Assembly (NCBI GenBank): GCA_965644295.1
Contig: CBFFRP010000255.1
Coordinates: forward strand, 186,001-250,000
DNA: 64,000 bases
Source of the DNA: Paraphysomonas bandaiensis
Lineage: Eukaryota; Protista; Chrysophyceae
Direction of reading: 5' to 3'
The notes below the pieces were generated by a model. The model ran no database searches. It saw nothing but the letters and a program-made list of their open reading frames with translations, and was not told the DNA's origin. Both the position numbers and the translations under genes were made by a program. How positions within the stretch are numbered: position 1 is the first letter of the stretch; each line of letters starts with the position of its first letter. Of the stretch, positions 11,597 to 24,707 are shown one piece after another.

Positions 11597-13599
11597 ATGA
11601 GTGTGTCGACATGGCTTAAAGCCACTCAGAGGAGGGTGAAGGAGACTATTCTCCAGTCAGTGGGGGCCCACAACAAGACAGAGGATCAAGACTTCGACGA
11701 CAAGTGCAACAAATTCACATCGTTTTCTCGTGATCTAACTAAGGTTCACTTGGCGATGCAGCTGTGGCTGGATTCCATTGATTTGATGTGCGCATCTTGT
11801 GTTGGTATTGGAGAGAGCTTGTCCAACTTCACATCATCAGGGGACTCCACATGTCCGTCTCCTGTTTATCGTATAGCAAAAGCCTTTGAATCAATTGGAT
11901 CTGATGTCAATATTGCACTTAGGCAAAACATGAGAACTATATTCATCGACCGTTGTCTGAGGCCGATTGAAAGCATCTTGGCTATAGTTCCCATTGTAAA
12001 TGAAAAAATTCAACAACGGAAAAATTTACTCCTAGACTCTGATTTCTATAAATCTAAACGCCGAAGCGAGATCCAATCTGGGAAAGACCCTGACCATCCA
12101 GTTGTGGCAAAACTGACAACTAAATTAAATGAGGCCAATAAGTCCCTTGAAGCTATCACTTCGGATGTAGTGAATTGTATTGATGAGCTCGTTCTACGCC
12201 GCCCTGAGATGCTCAGTCCTGAGCTGGCTGCCACTGTAGCTTGCATGGAGGGATTTTTTGCGAGTACCTCCGCCCAGCTTTCTCAGCTGCTTCCCTTGAT
12301 ACCGCAGTCTGCATCTACTACCTGCTTGCTAGCTGCTTCTCTCGAATCACACAAGCCCCTTAAGTCGTCTGAAACGCTTGAAGAGTTGCTCGCAAGTAAA
12401 GAAAAAGTTGAGGTGGCACCAGTGTTTTATCGTACGGGAGCATGTGGAGGGACATCCGGTGGATATGGGCATGTAGGATTCGAAGAGGGGGTCGGCACGA
12501 CTATCGACGTCCTCCTACACTCAACTGACAGTTCTACACAGGGAGGTGGGGACCGTGAATCTGTCTGCATATCACGCGATTCAAACCTTTCTTCCCCGCG
12601 AGCTTCCTCCCCTATTAGCAGCCGCATTCAAGAGCCTACCCATGATAATCAGCAACAGCGCATTGTCTCAACTAAACGAGCAGTTATCAAATTAGGAGCA
12701 GAGACACCGGTGACTGGGAGTACTTCATCAGGTGAGTCTCTGGTCTCAGGAAGTGCTGGAAAACGCAAATCTGTATCTGTGCTTGGTTCCTCTCCTGCTC
12801 GACCGGCCTCTATGTCAGTAACTCCCCAATCAAAATCCCGGATGAGTTTATCCGGTCACACGGCCAGGGAAATACGCAGCATGCGTCTTGCAGCGGCTGC
12901 CACACCCAGAGATACGATAAGCAGTGGTAAACCTTTCCAGACAGAGCGCCTCGAGAGGAGCCCTACTTGGGAAGGAGGTATATTTTTTATGGGGTGCTGT
13001 ATTTCTAGCTGTATATATGGCCGCATCATTTCTCATCAGGGATGACTCACGTACATCGCTTGATTTTATGCTGGTGCAATATTATCAATATCACAACCAT
13101 AATCTGTTGAATATGTTATGCATAGTAAAATTTGTGCACTAATATAAGACTTGCTGTGATACAGATGAAGAGAGGGAGTGGTCTTCAACCAGTTTTGATG
13201 CTGATGATGGCAAGCGTATCGTACCGACAATGATCCGGGTACCAACTCACTCATCTGAATCTGCCGCCTCACTGGCAGAAGATGGTGTGAGTTCACAGTC
13301 CTGTATGAGTACTGCCTCTCCGTCAGCGAGCAAAAATTTGGAAAAGTGCAAAATATCAGCCGGAAATTCAGGAAACAAAGTTGTGGCGTTGTATAAATAT
13401 GAGAGTGATGTGGAAGGAGATTTGCGCTTTCAGGTAAATGCATGCACATCTTTGTACAATTTGTTAACAGTATAGCTAATAGCGGAACGATATTATCGAA
13501 GTAGTGTCACGTGATGATTCTGGTTGGTGGACAGGGCGTATCGGCGATAAAGTTGGTTCCTTTCCTAGTAATTATGTAAAGGACGTAGATTCAGCGTAG
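11597..13599 (+). CDS. BAR-domain / SH3-domain protein (amphiphysin/endophilin-like)
   Basis: N-terminal helical BAR-like region ([13 protein letters not shown]), Ser-rich linker, spliced C-terminal SH3 (VVALYKY...DLRF|...DSGWWTG...FPSNYV), stop at 13597-13599. Confidence 0.88.
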
Positions 13600-13893
13600 C
13601 AGAATAGTTCAGAGTACCACACTATACTTCAGTTTTACATTCAACTTTTTTAAATGCTAACAATGTAAGTAATTATATATTGATACAGTAGATCAGTTGT
13701 GTGGACCAACATAGGACACCATATCATCAAAATTTAATGCCTAGGTAGCTAGGTAGGATGGTGATCAGCTTCTCGTATTCTTGATGCCAAGGCTATTGGT
13801 TGAAAGCATAATTTTAAATACAGCAAGCACGCATATAATTACAGCTGTGCCGATGTTGGTAAATAATGCCGTAACAAAAGTTTAGATAGCCCG

Positions 13894-14381
13894 CGTAGTG
13901 AACGTTTTATTAGTAGTAATATGCGTTTAAGAGTCAGGACTAATTTCGCATTCCCATTTAACTAACTTGTTCGTCACCGCACACCGCAAGCACCAACGTG
14001 CAACCACTATCGCTATATCACTCAAAGAAAACGCAGTGAGCAAGCAGAATATTAATATACCTGATATCTTCTGACTTCAGGATTTTTGAGTTCTTAAGGC
14101 GAACAGCCCGAATGCTTGACGTCAGCATGCAGCCCAATACCCGGATGCCCTTGAGGTGGGCCCTTTCTAGGATGCCTGTTTGTTTGTCAAGGCTCCAAAG
14201 ACGTCAACACAAGGGACACTTACTGTCATCTCTTTCCGTACCACACAAGCATTTGGCTATGTGTAGACAGAAAACTATCTGCTGACTATATATATGCGGC
14301 TCACGCTAGCTTCCCGGAGAAATATCTCCGGTACTTATCCCCAGAACACCACGAAAATATGCGAGTCCGCTTTTGTTGAGG
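13894..14381 (-). mobile_element. Near full-length diverged copy of the ribozyme-headed SINE
   Basis: Colinear with 20684-21157 from 5' CCTCAACAAAAGCGGACTCGC to the 3' tail. Carries a ~70-bp insertion near 14015-14085; no clear TSD. Confidence 0.88.
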
Positions 14382-14403
14382 AGGGTATATCAGGACTAGG
14401 GAA

Positions 14404-14597
14404 CAAGCGCTGCGTATCAATTAATTTCAATTAATTATTAACTATTGACATTGAACCAGCAAGTAAAAATTGCATCTCTTATAATTTATTATTTTCTGCT
14501 TAAAGTGTTTATCTAAGCTTTCTTATAGTAAGTTCAACTACTGATTATATGTCGTTATCTAACAGACTACAACGTGCGTAATTAATACACAGCCCTG
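14404..14597. mobile_element. Degenerate hAT-type MITE
   Basis: Ends GCTGCGTATCAATTAATT...TAATTAATACACAGCCCTG, related to the TIRs at 30131 and 43176. Confidence 0.55.
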
Positions 14598-14724
14598 GTA
14601 TCTACTGTTGAGTATCCCCCCTCCCTGCGTATATAGTGTTAAATGTTAAATGCTATATAATATCTATATATATTATATATTATATACTATAATATTATAT
14701 TATTATACGGTATACGTGGAGTAG

Positions 14725-15832
14725 AAGTAAACAATATGCAAACGTGGGAAAAAAAATTCACACGTATTTGACGTACATTCCTCGTTAAAACTAGCTAGTT
14801 ACTCTAGAGTGCTAATAAATAGTTCTCTGCATTTGTATTGATATATTATTGACAAATATTGCAAATTAATATTATTTTCAGTAAAAATGGGCTCAACTAA
14901 CCGTTTGATTGCTATGTACGTGAATGAGCTACAAACTAGTTCTAGCTAGTCATTGTATAAACATAACACCACATAATTATTGAAAAGAAGAGCAATAAAC
15001 ATACAGTGCACATTCTACTCTCTCTATATTTCAATTACATTCTACAGAATTCCTTGTTCTTCTCCTTCCGGTTCTGAAGCTCGAGGAGCTGGGCCAGCTT
15101 TGAAGTTGTCACGTTCATAAGCCATACGAACGTGTCCACAAGAAGACTTCCTGTGTAGGAGTTCTTCCTGCTCTTCTTCGTGCTCTTCTTTCTATCTTTG
15201 CTTCGGTTTCGACGGGGATGTCTCATCTTTCGACGAAGCTGTGTTCTAGCACTGAATGATACTTCCTTTGACGACTGCTGAAATGCCCATCAATGCATGC
15301 AGGCAACTCCTCAGAGCTCTCTATCTCTTTCTTCCGACGATTCTTCGAATACTCCACTCCACATGTGTATAAGATATGTGTGACGTTACGTGTATTGGTT
15401 ATGTGATGGCTATATGTTATACAGTTTTATACAGCTGCTATGCGTGTTCTCTCGTTGAGCTAAGTGAATACTCTAGTATGCTCAGGTTGTACCGCCGAGA
15501 GATAGTAGTGTATGGCTTGTATTGGTTGAGTGATGGATATATTGAACGTAGTGAATACTCTAGCATAGGATTTGTGTGACGCGACGTGTATTGATGTTTT
15601 ATGATGGCTATTAGTAGTAGTATTAGGGAAGACAACGTTGTTACTGGTAAAAGGAAACGTGCTGTTGGTGTGTCCTATAGGACCTAAATATTAATAAAAA
15701 TAATTATTAACACTATACTATTGCATTCAAGCACTTTTAGAATCATTCTACAACAATTCTTAAAAGTCTAGTAAAATCTACTAGATTTTCCCAATTTTTT
15801 GAAAATTTCCCACGTTTGCATATTGTTTACTT
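14725..15832. mobile_element. Non-autonomous TIR element (~1.1 kb)
   Basis: 27-bp perfect inverted repeat AAGTAAACAATATGCAAACGTGGGAAA (14725-14751 / 15806-15832). TAG on both flanks (possible 3-bp TSD). Decayed coding-like segment at ~15035-15360. Confidence 0.7.
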
Positions 15833-16492
15833 TAGGAATGTATATATGTACAGTCCTAGATAGTGTAGTATGTAGTATATAGTATATGAGCATATTGTGT
15901 CCAACATCTGTGATCTGTGAGAGTACTGAGAATTTACTGTAGCATATAAAAGTCACTATTATTGCGGGTAACTTCAGATGAAAACTAGTTAGCAGTTTAG
16001 CAGGAGTACTATCCAGGGCTGTGTAACAATTAATTGTCAACAAGTACATCATTATTTTAAGGTTGTTGAGCATTGGTATCATGCTACTTCTAGTATGCAC
16101 ATTTCAGTAATGAACAACACACGCCGTCACATGTACGACATTATATTTTACCCTATTTCGTAGTATAGGATATAGGACTTAGAAATGAAGAAGTCTGCGG
16201 ATAGAATGCGAAATATATACCAATACCACTAGAAACGACCACAAAAATATATTATCAACCTCTGTTATTAATTGCAGCATCAGCAGATGACCGCAAATCA
16301 ATGAGAGTAAAATAACCAATATATCTCACACATGCAGGTACAATCATTTTCAATGTAAGTATAAATTTAAGGTAAGGCTCTACCATCATCAAAATTCGAT
16401 ATCCTATATTCAACATATCTCTTCAAATAAAAATTACTTCGACCGTCTATAACCATTGACTTTCTACATCCAACAAACCTAAGAATGTCTAT

Positions 16493-18481
16493 TTACAGAG
16501 GCTCCAATTTGCGAGGTTTCAATGGGGGTAAAGTAGATGCGGCATTCACAACCTCTGCGTGCGAACCAGATGGCAAATGGGAGTCCACAAGTCCCTCTTC
16601 CTTCTTTACAATAGTTTTTCTAGAACGACGAGGCTTCTCACTGCCATCACTAACCGAGTGGGATTTGGCAATTGACTTTCTAGCCGATCCAGGACGCGAA
16701 CTAGGCGCGGAACCACTGCCGCTCGCTGAGTCAGCCTGTACAATAGTTTTTCTAGAACGACGAGGCTTCTCACTGCCATCACTAACCGAGTGGGATTTGG
16801 CAATTGACTTTCTAGCCGATCCAGGACGCGAACTAGGCGCGGAACCACTGCCGCTCGCTGAGTCAGCCTGTACAATAGTTTTTCTAGAACGACGAGGCTT
16901 CTCACTGCCATCACTAACCGAGTGGGATTTGGCAATTGACTTTCTAGCCGATCCAGGACGCGAACTAGGCGCGGAACCACTGCCGCTCGCTGAGTCAGCC
17001 TGTACAATAGTTTTTCTAGAACGACGAGGCTTGTCACTACCATCACTAACCGAGTGGGATTTGGCAATTGACTTTCTAGCCGATCCAGGTCGCGAACTAG
17101 GCGCGGAACCACTGCCGCTCGCTGAGTCAGCCTGTACAATAGTTTTTCTAGAACGACGAGGCTTCTCACTGCCATCACTAACCGAGTGGGATTTGGCAAT
17201 TGACTTTCTAGCCGATCCAGGTCGCGAACTAGGCGCGGAACCACTGCCGCTCGCTGAGTCAGCCTGTACAATAGTTTTTCTAGAACGACGAGGCTTGTCA
17301 CTACCATCACTAACCGAGTGGGATTTGGCAATTGACTTTCTAGCCGATCCAGGACGCGAATTAGGCGCGGAACCACTGCCGCTCGCTGAGTCAGCCTGTA
17401 CAATAGTTTTTCTAGAACGACGAGGTTTCTCGTTTTCACTGGTGAGACTAGTCTTTGATTTTGGTGTCAGCACTTCACTTTCGCTGTCATTATCTTCTAG
17501 CTCCTCTTCGGGCATGACGTGGATACGAGAAAATATCTCGTGGCCAAGATAAGGAATTCGCGGCTTCTTTTTCTTGACAGGAACACTGTCCTCTCGTTTG
17601 GCGTATGGATTCAACACCCTGAAGTAGTTCAGCATTAAACTTGTTCTCTTCAAAGAAAGGGTCTGTTTGTTTCCGTTTCGACTGGCCAACACCTCTAGTT
17701 GATTTTTCCGCTCTTTCTCCTTCTCAGCAAGCAGCCGTTCCTTTTTGAGGTTTTCATTCTTTTCGTAGGTAAACTGACATATCTTGGCGCAGAATAGAGG
17801 ATCTTGCTGCTCCTTAACTTCGAGGCGCCGTCTTGCTAAGCGATTCCAAAACGTATCCCCGATAATACGCTTCCTCATCATAAACTGTAGACTGATAAGG
17901 GGGGCGCATGCGGTGGGGGTATTTTTGGAGTACTTCGCAAATTGCTCAATTGTTACATATGTGTCGATTTCTTTTATGTCGTCTATCATAGTCCGAATAC
18001 CTGAATTGCTAGCATAGGATTTCCCATGAATAATTTCAATCATTCTTCTAATTTCAGCAAAATCGAGTGCGCCAGACTTGTCCTTGTCAAAGACAGTGAA
18101 TGCGAAATTGCCCAGTAGTCCAGGGTCCATAGAAAGAAAATTCCTAATAACACATAACAAGACTTCCAATAGCGTATATACTTAAACTTACCACATTGCA
18201 CATACAAACTCCAGAAAGTTTAATTTACCAAGCTTATTGACGTCAAAAAGTTTAAACATTTGCTTTATGAGCTCGTTTGGCTCCATCCGAAGATAAAAGT
18301 AGAGCTCATGCGGGTGCACATGTCCTGAGCCCTGTTTATCGATATCTGTAAAGGTCGAGTACAAGGAGTTCAAGTCCCCCTGAGTTAAAGACAACATCTT
18401 GTATACTTCCAGCGCAATATCATCGTGTCCTGGTCGATCGGGATCAGGCTTGAACACTACAGATGACAAACACAGCCCCAT
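16493..18481 (-). CDS. N-acylated EF-hand calcium-binding protein with a long Ser/Arg/Lys-rich repeat tail
   Basis: MGLCLS N-terminus (myristoyl/palmitoyl-type). EF-hand loops DKQGSGHV, DVNKLGKLNFLEF, DKDKSGALDFAE. One intron near 18145-18191. Confidence 0.85.
16608..17426 (-). repeat. 132-bp coding tandem repeat, 6 full units plus a partial (44 aa each)
   Basis: Units begin at 16608, 16740, 16872, 17004, 17136, 17268 and 17400 and are nearly identical. Confidence 0.97.
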
Positions 18482-19032
18482 CTGATATATATTCAGGGCT
18501 AGGAGATGGTCATACAGTACTCCGCATTATCTGTGTTCTTTATTAGATAGTGTTGACAAGCCGGCGGGTATGTACCTATATCTGGACTTTCAGTCACGTA
18601 CTGCACATGTATGTATATGTATTTGTATTGGTCCTCAGCGATCGAAATTTCTGTTCTGAGCATGTTCTCCACACTCACTCACACAGATACACCACACCAA
18701 CCAGTTCCATTGGCTGATATCCAGGCATGTGGTAAACTGCATCCAATCGACTGCGTATGTGAATTCATAGTAATGACTGCTAGAATACTGCTGTATACTT
18801 CCTCCCTACAATGTAGTACAGCAAGCAATGTATAAGCAGAATACACTGTATGACGAGGGGGGCGATGCAGCAGCTCATATGCTCGTATTTGACATGAGAG
18901 CAGCTGGAGAGACATCACGAACTGCTGGGCATGCCATATCATTCCGCATTATATTGTTATTACACGTCATGCAACGTCGTAGCTGTATGTATTAATTAGA
19001 GTAAATAGTTTGGAATATATCTCTATTTGAAA

Positions 19033-19922
19033 ATGAGAAATAGGCGTGAAGAGGATAATAGTGGCGAGCAAGCTGTAGATGAGGAGGTATATTTCCACCA
19101 GGTGGAGGACAAGAGTGATCCCAAAAGTTATAGTTATTTTCCTGTTATTCGAAATTTATTTTATGCCGTGATTGTGTCATGTCTAATAGGTAAGAGTACC
19201 TTATTATACTCAGTATTAGGGCAACATTGTCATTGACTTATGTTGCAGCATTGTTTTTTATCCTCGTTGTACTAGATTCGAACGATATGAACACTAATTC
19301 AGAAGCTACATCGCCTGTTGTGGCGCTTCAAGATAAATGTAAAGACGAGTGGGCCCCTGATATACTTGTTGGTCGGTGCTTTGGCCTTAAAACCCACACT
19401 GAATATCCGGTGTTTCGTGACATCAGTGTAGTCGAAAACAGTGAACATTGTAAAAGACTTTGTTGTGAGCTTGGTGACGAGTGTATTTCGTGGCAGTTCT
19501 GGATAGGCATCAAACTATGTAAATTAGGGGGACCAGTTAGAATTGGAGCAGAATCTGCGAAAACAGCCAATTGGTGTGAGCCAGATCCACCTCTACACTG
19601 GCAGGGAAAGAGAGTTGCGTTTCAGAATGGGTCGAACACTGAGATTGGTCAAAATTTAACGACACAATGTTTTGGTTTGGGACCTGCAAAGTTCAAGACT
19701 GTTTCGGGGGAACGTGTAGCTCTTACTATATCTGAGTGCTCCACGGCCTGCTTGAACACCCCTGGGTGCCGAATGTGGCAAGCACATGATAGTAGAGGTT
19801 GTTTTTATAGTACATCGAAATCACTGTACTGTGAGCCATATGATGGTGTTTATGATGGAGGCCGCAAGAAAATCGCTCGTGCTGGTGAAGTGCCGCATGA
19901 GAAACGGGTCTTATTTATATAG
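19033..19922 (+). CDS. Type II membrane protein with two Cys-rich PAN/Apple-like modules
   Basis: Hydrophobic segment split by an intron (~19190-19248). Motifs EHCKRLCCELGDECISWQF...C and ECSTACLNTPGCRMWQ...C. Confidence 0.7.
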
Positions 19923-20683
19923 TAGATGTTGATTTGAAGTAGGATACATAATGGCGGTGGTGTTTTCTGATTAGGTGCTATATCTATTGTAGACAAAGAT
20001 ACTCAACAGTATTTTTATTTAAATAATGGACCTTGGCACAAACGTTATTTTTTGTGTATTGTATACAAAGAATTAATCAATCCATGGTTATTGACATCAG
20101 CTGTTCGGCAATATTTTGTCTAAACTATACCTCATGATAATTCCCTTGATGTACAAGGTACAAGGTATATTTTAAAAATATAGGTTACTATATACCATAT
20201 AATGCTGTAAAATTTAAACCATTGGTGTAATATGTATAAGTTATTTTGTCTCTATATTCCAGAGTATCCATAGCCCAGGCACAGCAACCATTAATGATAG
20301 TGCCATTATGATTGCGGGTTGCGGGAACATACTTTATGAATGGTCATTAACGGTTACCAGGCCCTGGTCAAGATGCACAATATATATACGATGCACGGAC
20401 TTTAATAGTATATGTATTCATTTTAAGAACGGAAGAAAAAATAAATGATATCAAAAGAAATTATTCAATTCATAATGCAGAACAATCATAAGCCAAAGTA
20501 TACTTTGAAGTCTACTGTGTGCAAACGCTAGGGTCTGTTGAATCATTAATGATATGTACACTCCACGTTAATATTACTACTTGAATCACCATCATATCTG
20601 TTCTCTATAATTTTTCTTTTTGAATGGTGACGCATAGTAGAAATGAATGACAAAACCCATTCATTCTAATAACTTAGAGTATA

Positions 20684-21157
20684 AATATTGAAAGTCTTTT
20701 ATTTAGCAATATGGGTTAAAAACCTGCACCAACTTAGTAGCTAGATGAATGCTTGTCAACCTTTATCCTACTCTATTTAACGCTACGAAAGCTGCTTGTG
20801 CGTCGCCGCAAGCACCAAGGTGCAACCACTTCCGTTCTGAGTTCTTCAGGTGAATATCCCGGATGTTTGACTTTAGCAGGCAGCCCAGTACCCCGGTTAC
20901 CCTTCAGGTGGGCCCTGTCCCGAATGCCTTTGTTGTGGGCCCATTTCCGGATGCCTGTTTATTCGTCAGGGCCCAAAGATGTCTACACAAGTGACATGTA
21001 TAGGTGTCCTTTGTACCACACAAGCATTCGGCTATGAGTGGGCAGAATAATATCTGCTGACTATGCTTGCGGCTTACGTTAATTTCCCAGAGAGAATCTC
21101 TCCGGTACTTATCCCCCAGAACAACACGAAAAGGTGCGAGTCCGACTTTGTTGAGGG
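20684..21157 (-). mobile_element. Full-length ribozyme-headed SINE with 13-bp TSD
   Basis: 5' end CCCTCAACAAAG at 21157. TSD AACTTAGAGTATA at 20671-20683 and 21158-21170. Colinear with 58010-58516. Confidence 0.93.
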
Positions 21158-21757
21158 AACTTAGAGTATAGACTTCTATAGCAGTATATATTCATAGTGC
21201 AATACGTGCATGAATACACATTGCTTAATAAGTATGACATGAAGATATAAATTAAAGAACCACGCCCTGTATATATCTGATACCATCACATGTAAGTGAT
21301 GCTATCGTGACTCTCTCATAAACTCTAAATATGAAACAGCATCACATTGAAGGAAATTGCAGCTCCACTAAACTATTCACTCTCTCTGGAACGGGATTAC
21401 TTGAACTTGTTGTAATCACAGCTATTCCAGCAGGACTAGCTACGATAGAGCTCCAGCTGTGCATATCCATATCTATCGTCCCACAACAGCAGGACATCTG
21501 GGACATACGCCCGCTGTGTTGTGTCCCATTGAACTGTATACCGTATTCCGTATACCGTGTATTCAGTGTATACTAGAGACATCAGGAGCAGCACCATCCA
21601 TGGCCATCATGTATTTGAAATGTATTGGCCGAAGTTTGAAATTCATGTAGCTTTGTAGTAGGTATACGTGTAGGCGTAGGTGTTAGCCAATCCACATGTA
21701 TGTATGTGTAACTATCCCAATTGGACAATAAGACTTCACGGGAATGTAGACAGAATT

Positions 21758-24232
21758 ATGAAGGCCGCTCAAGCCACAGGCTTGTCAACCATGCGTCTGA
21801 GCATTAGATAGGTAGGGGAAAGTGTATCCAGCTGACACTATGAGTTCGATGTCTCTGGCGGCTCCAAAACAAAAACAACAGATGAATAACTCCACTCCGC
21901 CCTTCAGAGTCGGAGGAAGAGGTTCCAAGCAGTTATCTAAGGTAAGCCATGTATTCATTGGTGTTAAATGACTTATCTTGTGAGTGAAGGCTATTGAGAA
22001 GCGGTCTATAGAGAAGGGGCAGGCTCGTGGACAGCCCATATGCGAGCCTCACTGGGCCTTCTGCTTTGGCAATCATCCCTGTTTTGCAAAGATAATTTCA
22101 TCTCCTTCATGGGGGCCAACTTCTGTTATTATTCAACCAATGTTTTCAAGTGATTTAGATCCCAATTTACTAGTACCGTGGGAAGGCCACCTTTGGCTTG
22201 CCAAAAAAGATAAACTGTTCCCGGTAAAGGTGCGTGCCACGCTATTTGTATTTGTTTTGTATTAACACCGTTTTAGATGAAACAGGAGCCTGCAGGATGG
22301 AGGGTGGTATATACATCCCAGCTACAGCAACTTGTTTCTCAAACCAGTTCTGATATTTGTACAAGCATAAACAGCAGTACCCACCCTGTTAGTCTGGTTG
22401 CTGCGACGGCAAAAGGCGACAATGACTGGGACCTTGTGAGCTTAGAAAGTTCAGATTTTGATGAAGCTAGTAGTGTTGAGAGTTTACTGTTTCCACAGCT
22501 GGGGAAGGATCACTCTCGGAATAAGAAGTCCGAGGTTGTTGTTCCTGCAACTAGCAGTAGTAGTACAGTTGCAGCATCATCCCCGCTCATATCAAGAGTA
22601 GCGGGAGTTCCCCCTGAGCAAGTAAACACGCCTTCAACTCAACATGAACTACCTCGTTTACATTCTTCTTCTGGAACTCAGTGCATACCCCAGCACCAAC
22701 AACAACCTCCGCTCCCTGGTGTTGGCACAAGGAGTCATTTCCCCCGAGCACATTACACCCCCGTCATCAGCCCAAGGCAGCGAAGTATTTCCCCGGCCTC
22801 TCTAGATTCTCCTTCGTCGAAGTATGTTCCTGATCAAACTAATGCTCTCCATTGCACCCCTTCTGGGGGGTCCGCCGCAGTACCCATGGCCGTTAAATCC
22901 GCTAGCGCTTGCCCAAGTGCGAAGTCAATTTCCGAAAGCGGCAACAGCTGCCCAACGTCTGTGACCAACACTCCTTTGACTCACATGTCTCCTTTCTCAT
23001 CAGGCTCTCCGGCTTCTTTTTCCTCATGTGATGAAGATATCCGAGGTGTGCTAGAGGGCTGGGAAACATGTTCAGACGACCGCACCCCAACGCTCTCGGA
23101 AACTCACTCGAATTCCAGATTAGGTATGCAATACAGAGGGATTGCATTTGAATCTCCTCATGTTAATCATGTTGCAAGAAGCATTGATTGTAGCACTGTT
23201 AGTGTCGATAGTTATGCGGTAGCATTGCCCGATTGTAGCTGTCCTGATTTCTCAACGGCTACTATTCATGATGCCGTGTCACCGGAAGATTTAAAAGTGA
23301 CGAAGAGCACTTCATGCCTTTCGAATGATATCCCTTCGTCGTGCGAATCCTCTCGGGTGAGTGGTGACGTTTTTGTTTGTACCGCGCACCTTGACAGTGC
23401 CGCATCTTCGCCTTCCCAGTGCTATGGCAATGTGGAGTTCCCTCCCATCTCACTTCCGGGGCAATGCTCTCGTGACACTTCTACCTCCTCCACTGAACCA
23501 CCCCCCTCTGATATTTCTACCTGTGATATGGAAACGTGCCGAAATGAATTATCTGCCCCTCGTAACGAACCATGTACGTCACCTCCAGACCCTTGCTGCG
23601 CTAAGCGATCCCCCTCTCTTACAGAGCCTTGCCTAGCTAACGGGTTCACCTCCCCTACAGAAATATGCCCTGTGGACCAATCCGCCGTTCTTACAGAAAC
23701 ATGTCCAGCCGAGCGACCCCCCTCCCTTACAGATCCTTGCCTAGCTGTATGGTCCACCTCTCCTACTAAACGTTGCCCAGCTGACCGACCCACATCTATT
23801 ACAGACCCATGTCCAGCCGAACGATCCACGTCTCCTGTAGAACCTTGCCTATCTGACGGACCCACCTCTCAAACAGAAACATGTCCTGCTGGGCGACCCA
23901 CATCTCGCATAGAAATGCGCCCAGTACGCTCGATGGATTGTAGTCCCATAGTTTCGAGAGCTTCCCGTTCTGCTTCCGATACCAATAGGAAACCTACAAG
24001 GTCTTCTAAGCGGAAGCTGAATACTTCGAATGAAGCCCCTGAAGTCTCCAAGCGTCCCACTACCAAAGGAATGAAAAGGAGGCGCAGAGAAAATAGTCTA
24101 TTGGAGAGACCACCAGCACGGCAACTACCTCAACGGTCATCTCGAAATTGCAATTATGCGAATCGAGATTCCTTTTTTGGATCATGGCCAACTCGCGACC
24201 AGGCTGCTTCAAAGGGAACGTGGAGACTTTAG
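21758..24232 (+). CDS. Uncharacterised Ser/Pro/Cys-rich protein with 12-aa repeats
   Basis: 651-aa exon 22277-24232 preceded by a spliceable exon (~21984-22229). Repeats of T[E/D]xC[P/L]AxxxTS[P/L] at ~23560-23910; basic C-terminus. The 5' structure is uncertain. Confidence 0.55.
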
Positions 24233-24707
24233 TCTTTTCAGTTAGCTCCACTACGTATTTTTATGTGTAAATTCTTCACCTTGTATGTACATAGTTTCAT
24301 TGTGACACGTGTGATTGAGTGTAATTAAAGAGATTTTAGTTTATTTAAAAGGGATATTTAGAACTTTAGAAAAAGGTTAACCCGTGCACGTTTGGCCTAT
24401 ATTTTGTGGTTACACGATACTGTGCATCAATGACCATCGGTTCCAATATTACGATTGTGTACAACAATTTATATTTTATATATTGAACTATTTATATTTT
24501 ATAGATTTATTGCAAATTAGAAATTTGAACAAAATATTTAATTTATACGATCGTAAACAAAACGGAGAAGTTCATTCTCAATCGTGTTATCGATAAATCG
24601 TAGTGCATTATATTCCAAACGAATATATTGCATTTTGCAAGTAATTGTATATATAAATATATGGAACACAAAACCAAAACACATAAAAAGCCAAATCATT
24701 CCGGAAA

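Noticed and set aside
16608-17426. CRISPR-like periodic array and long overlapping ORFs (16485-17552 +, 16606-17439 -)
   Set aside because: No unique spacers and a eukaryotic context. The extra ORFs arise because a stop-free 132-bp unit is repeated.
20276-20366. Possible small MITE with CAGG...CCTG ends
   Set aside because: TIRs are degenerate and no TSD was found.
21133-21143. Pol III B-box-like GGTGCGAGTCC suggesting a tRNA-derived SINE
   Set aside because: It has a mismatch at a key position, lies at the element end with no A box or cloverleaf, and is explained as the antisense of ribozyme P2/P3.
24377-24400. piggyBac-like end TTAACCC
   Set aside because: No matching GGGTTAA terminus found nearby.
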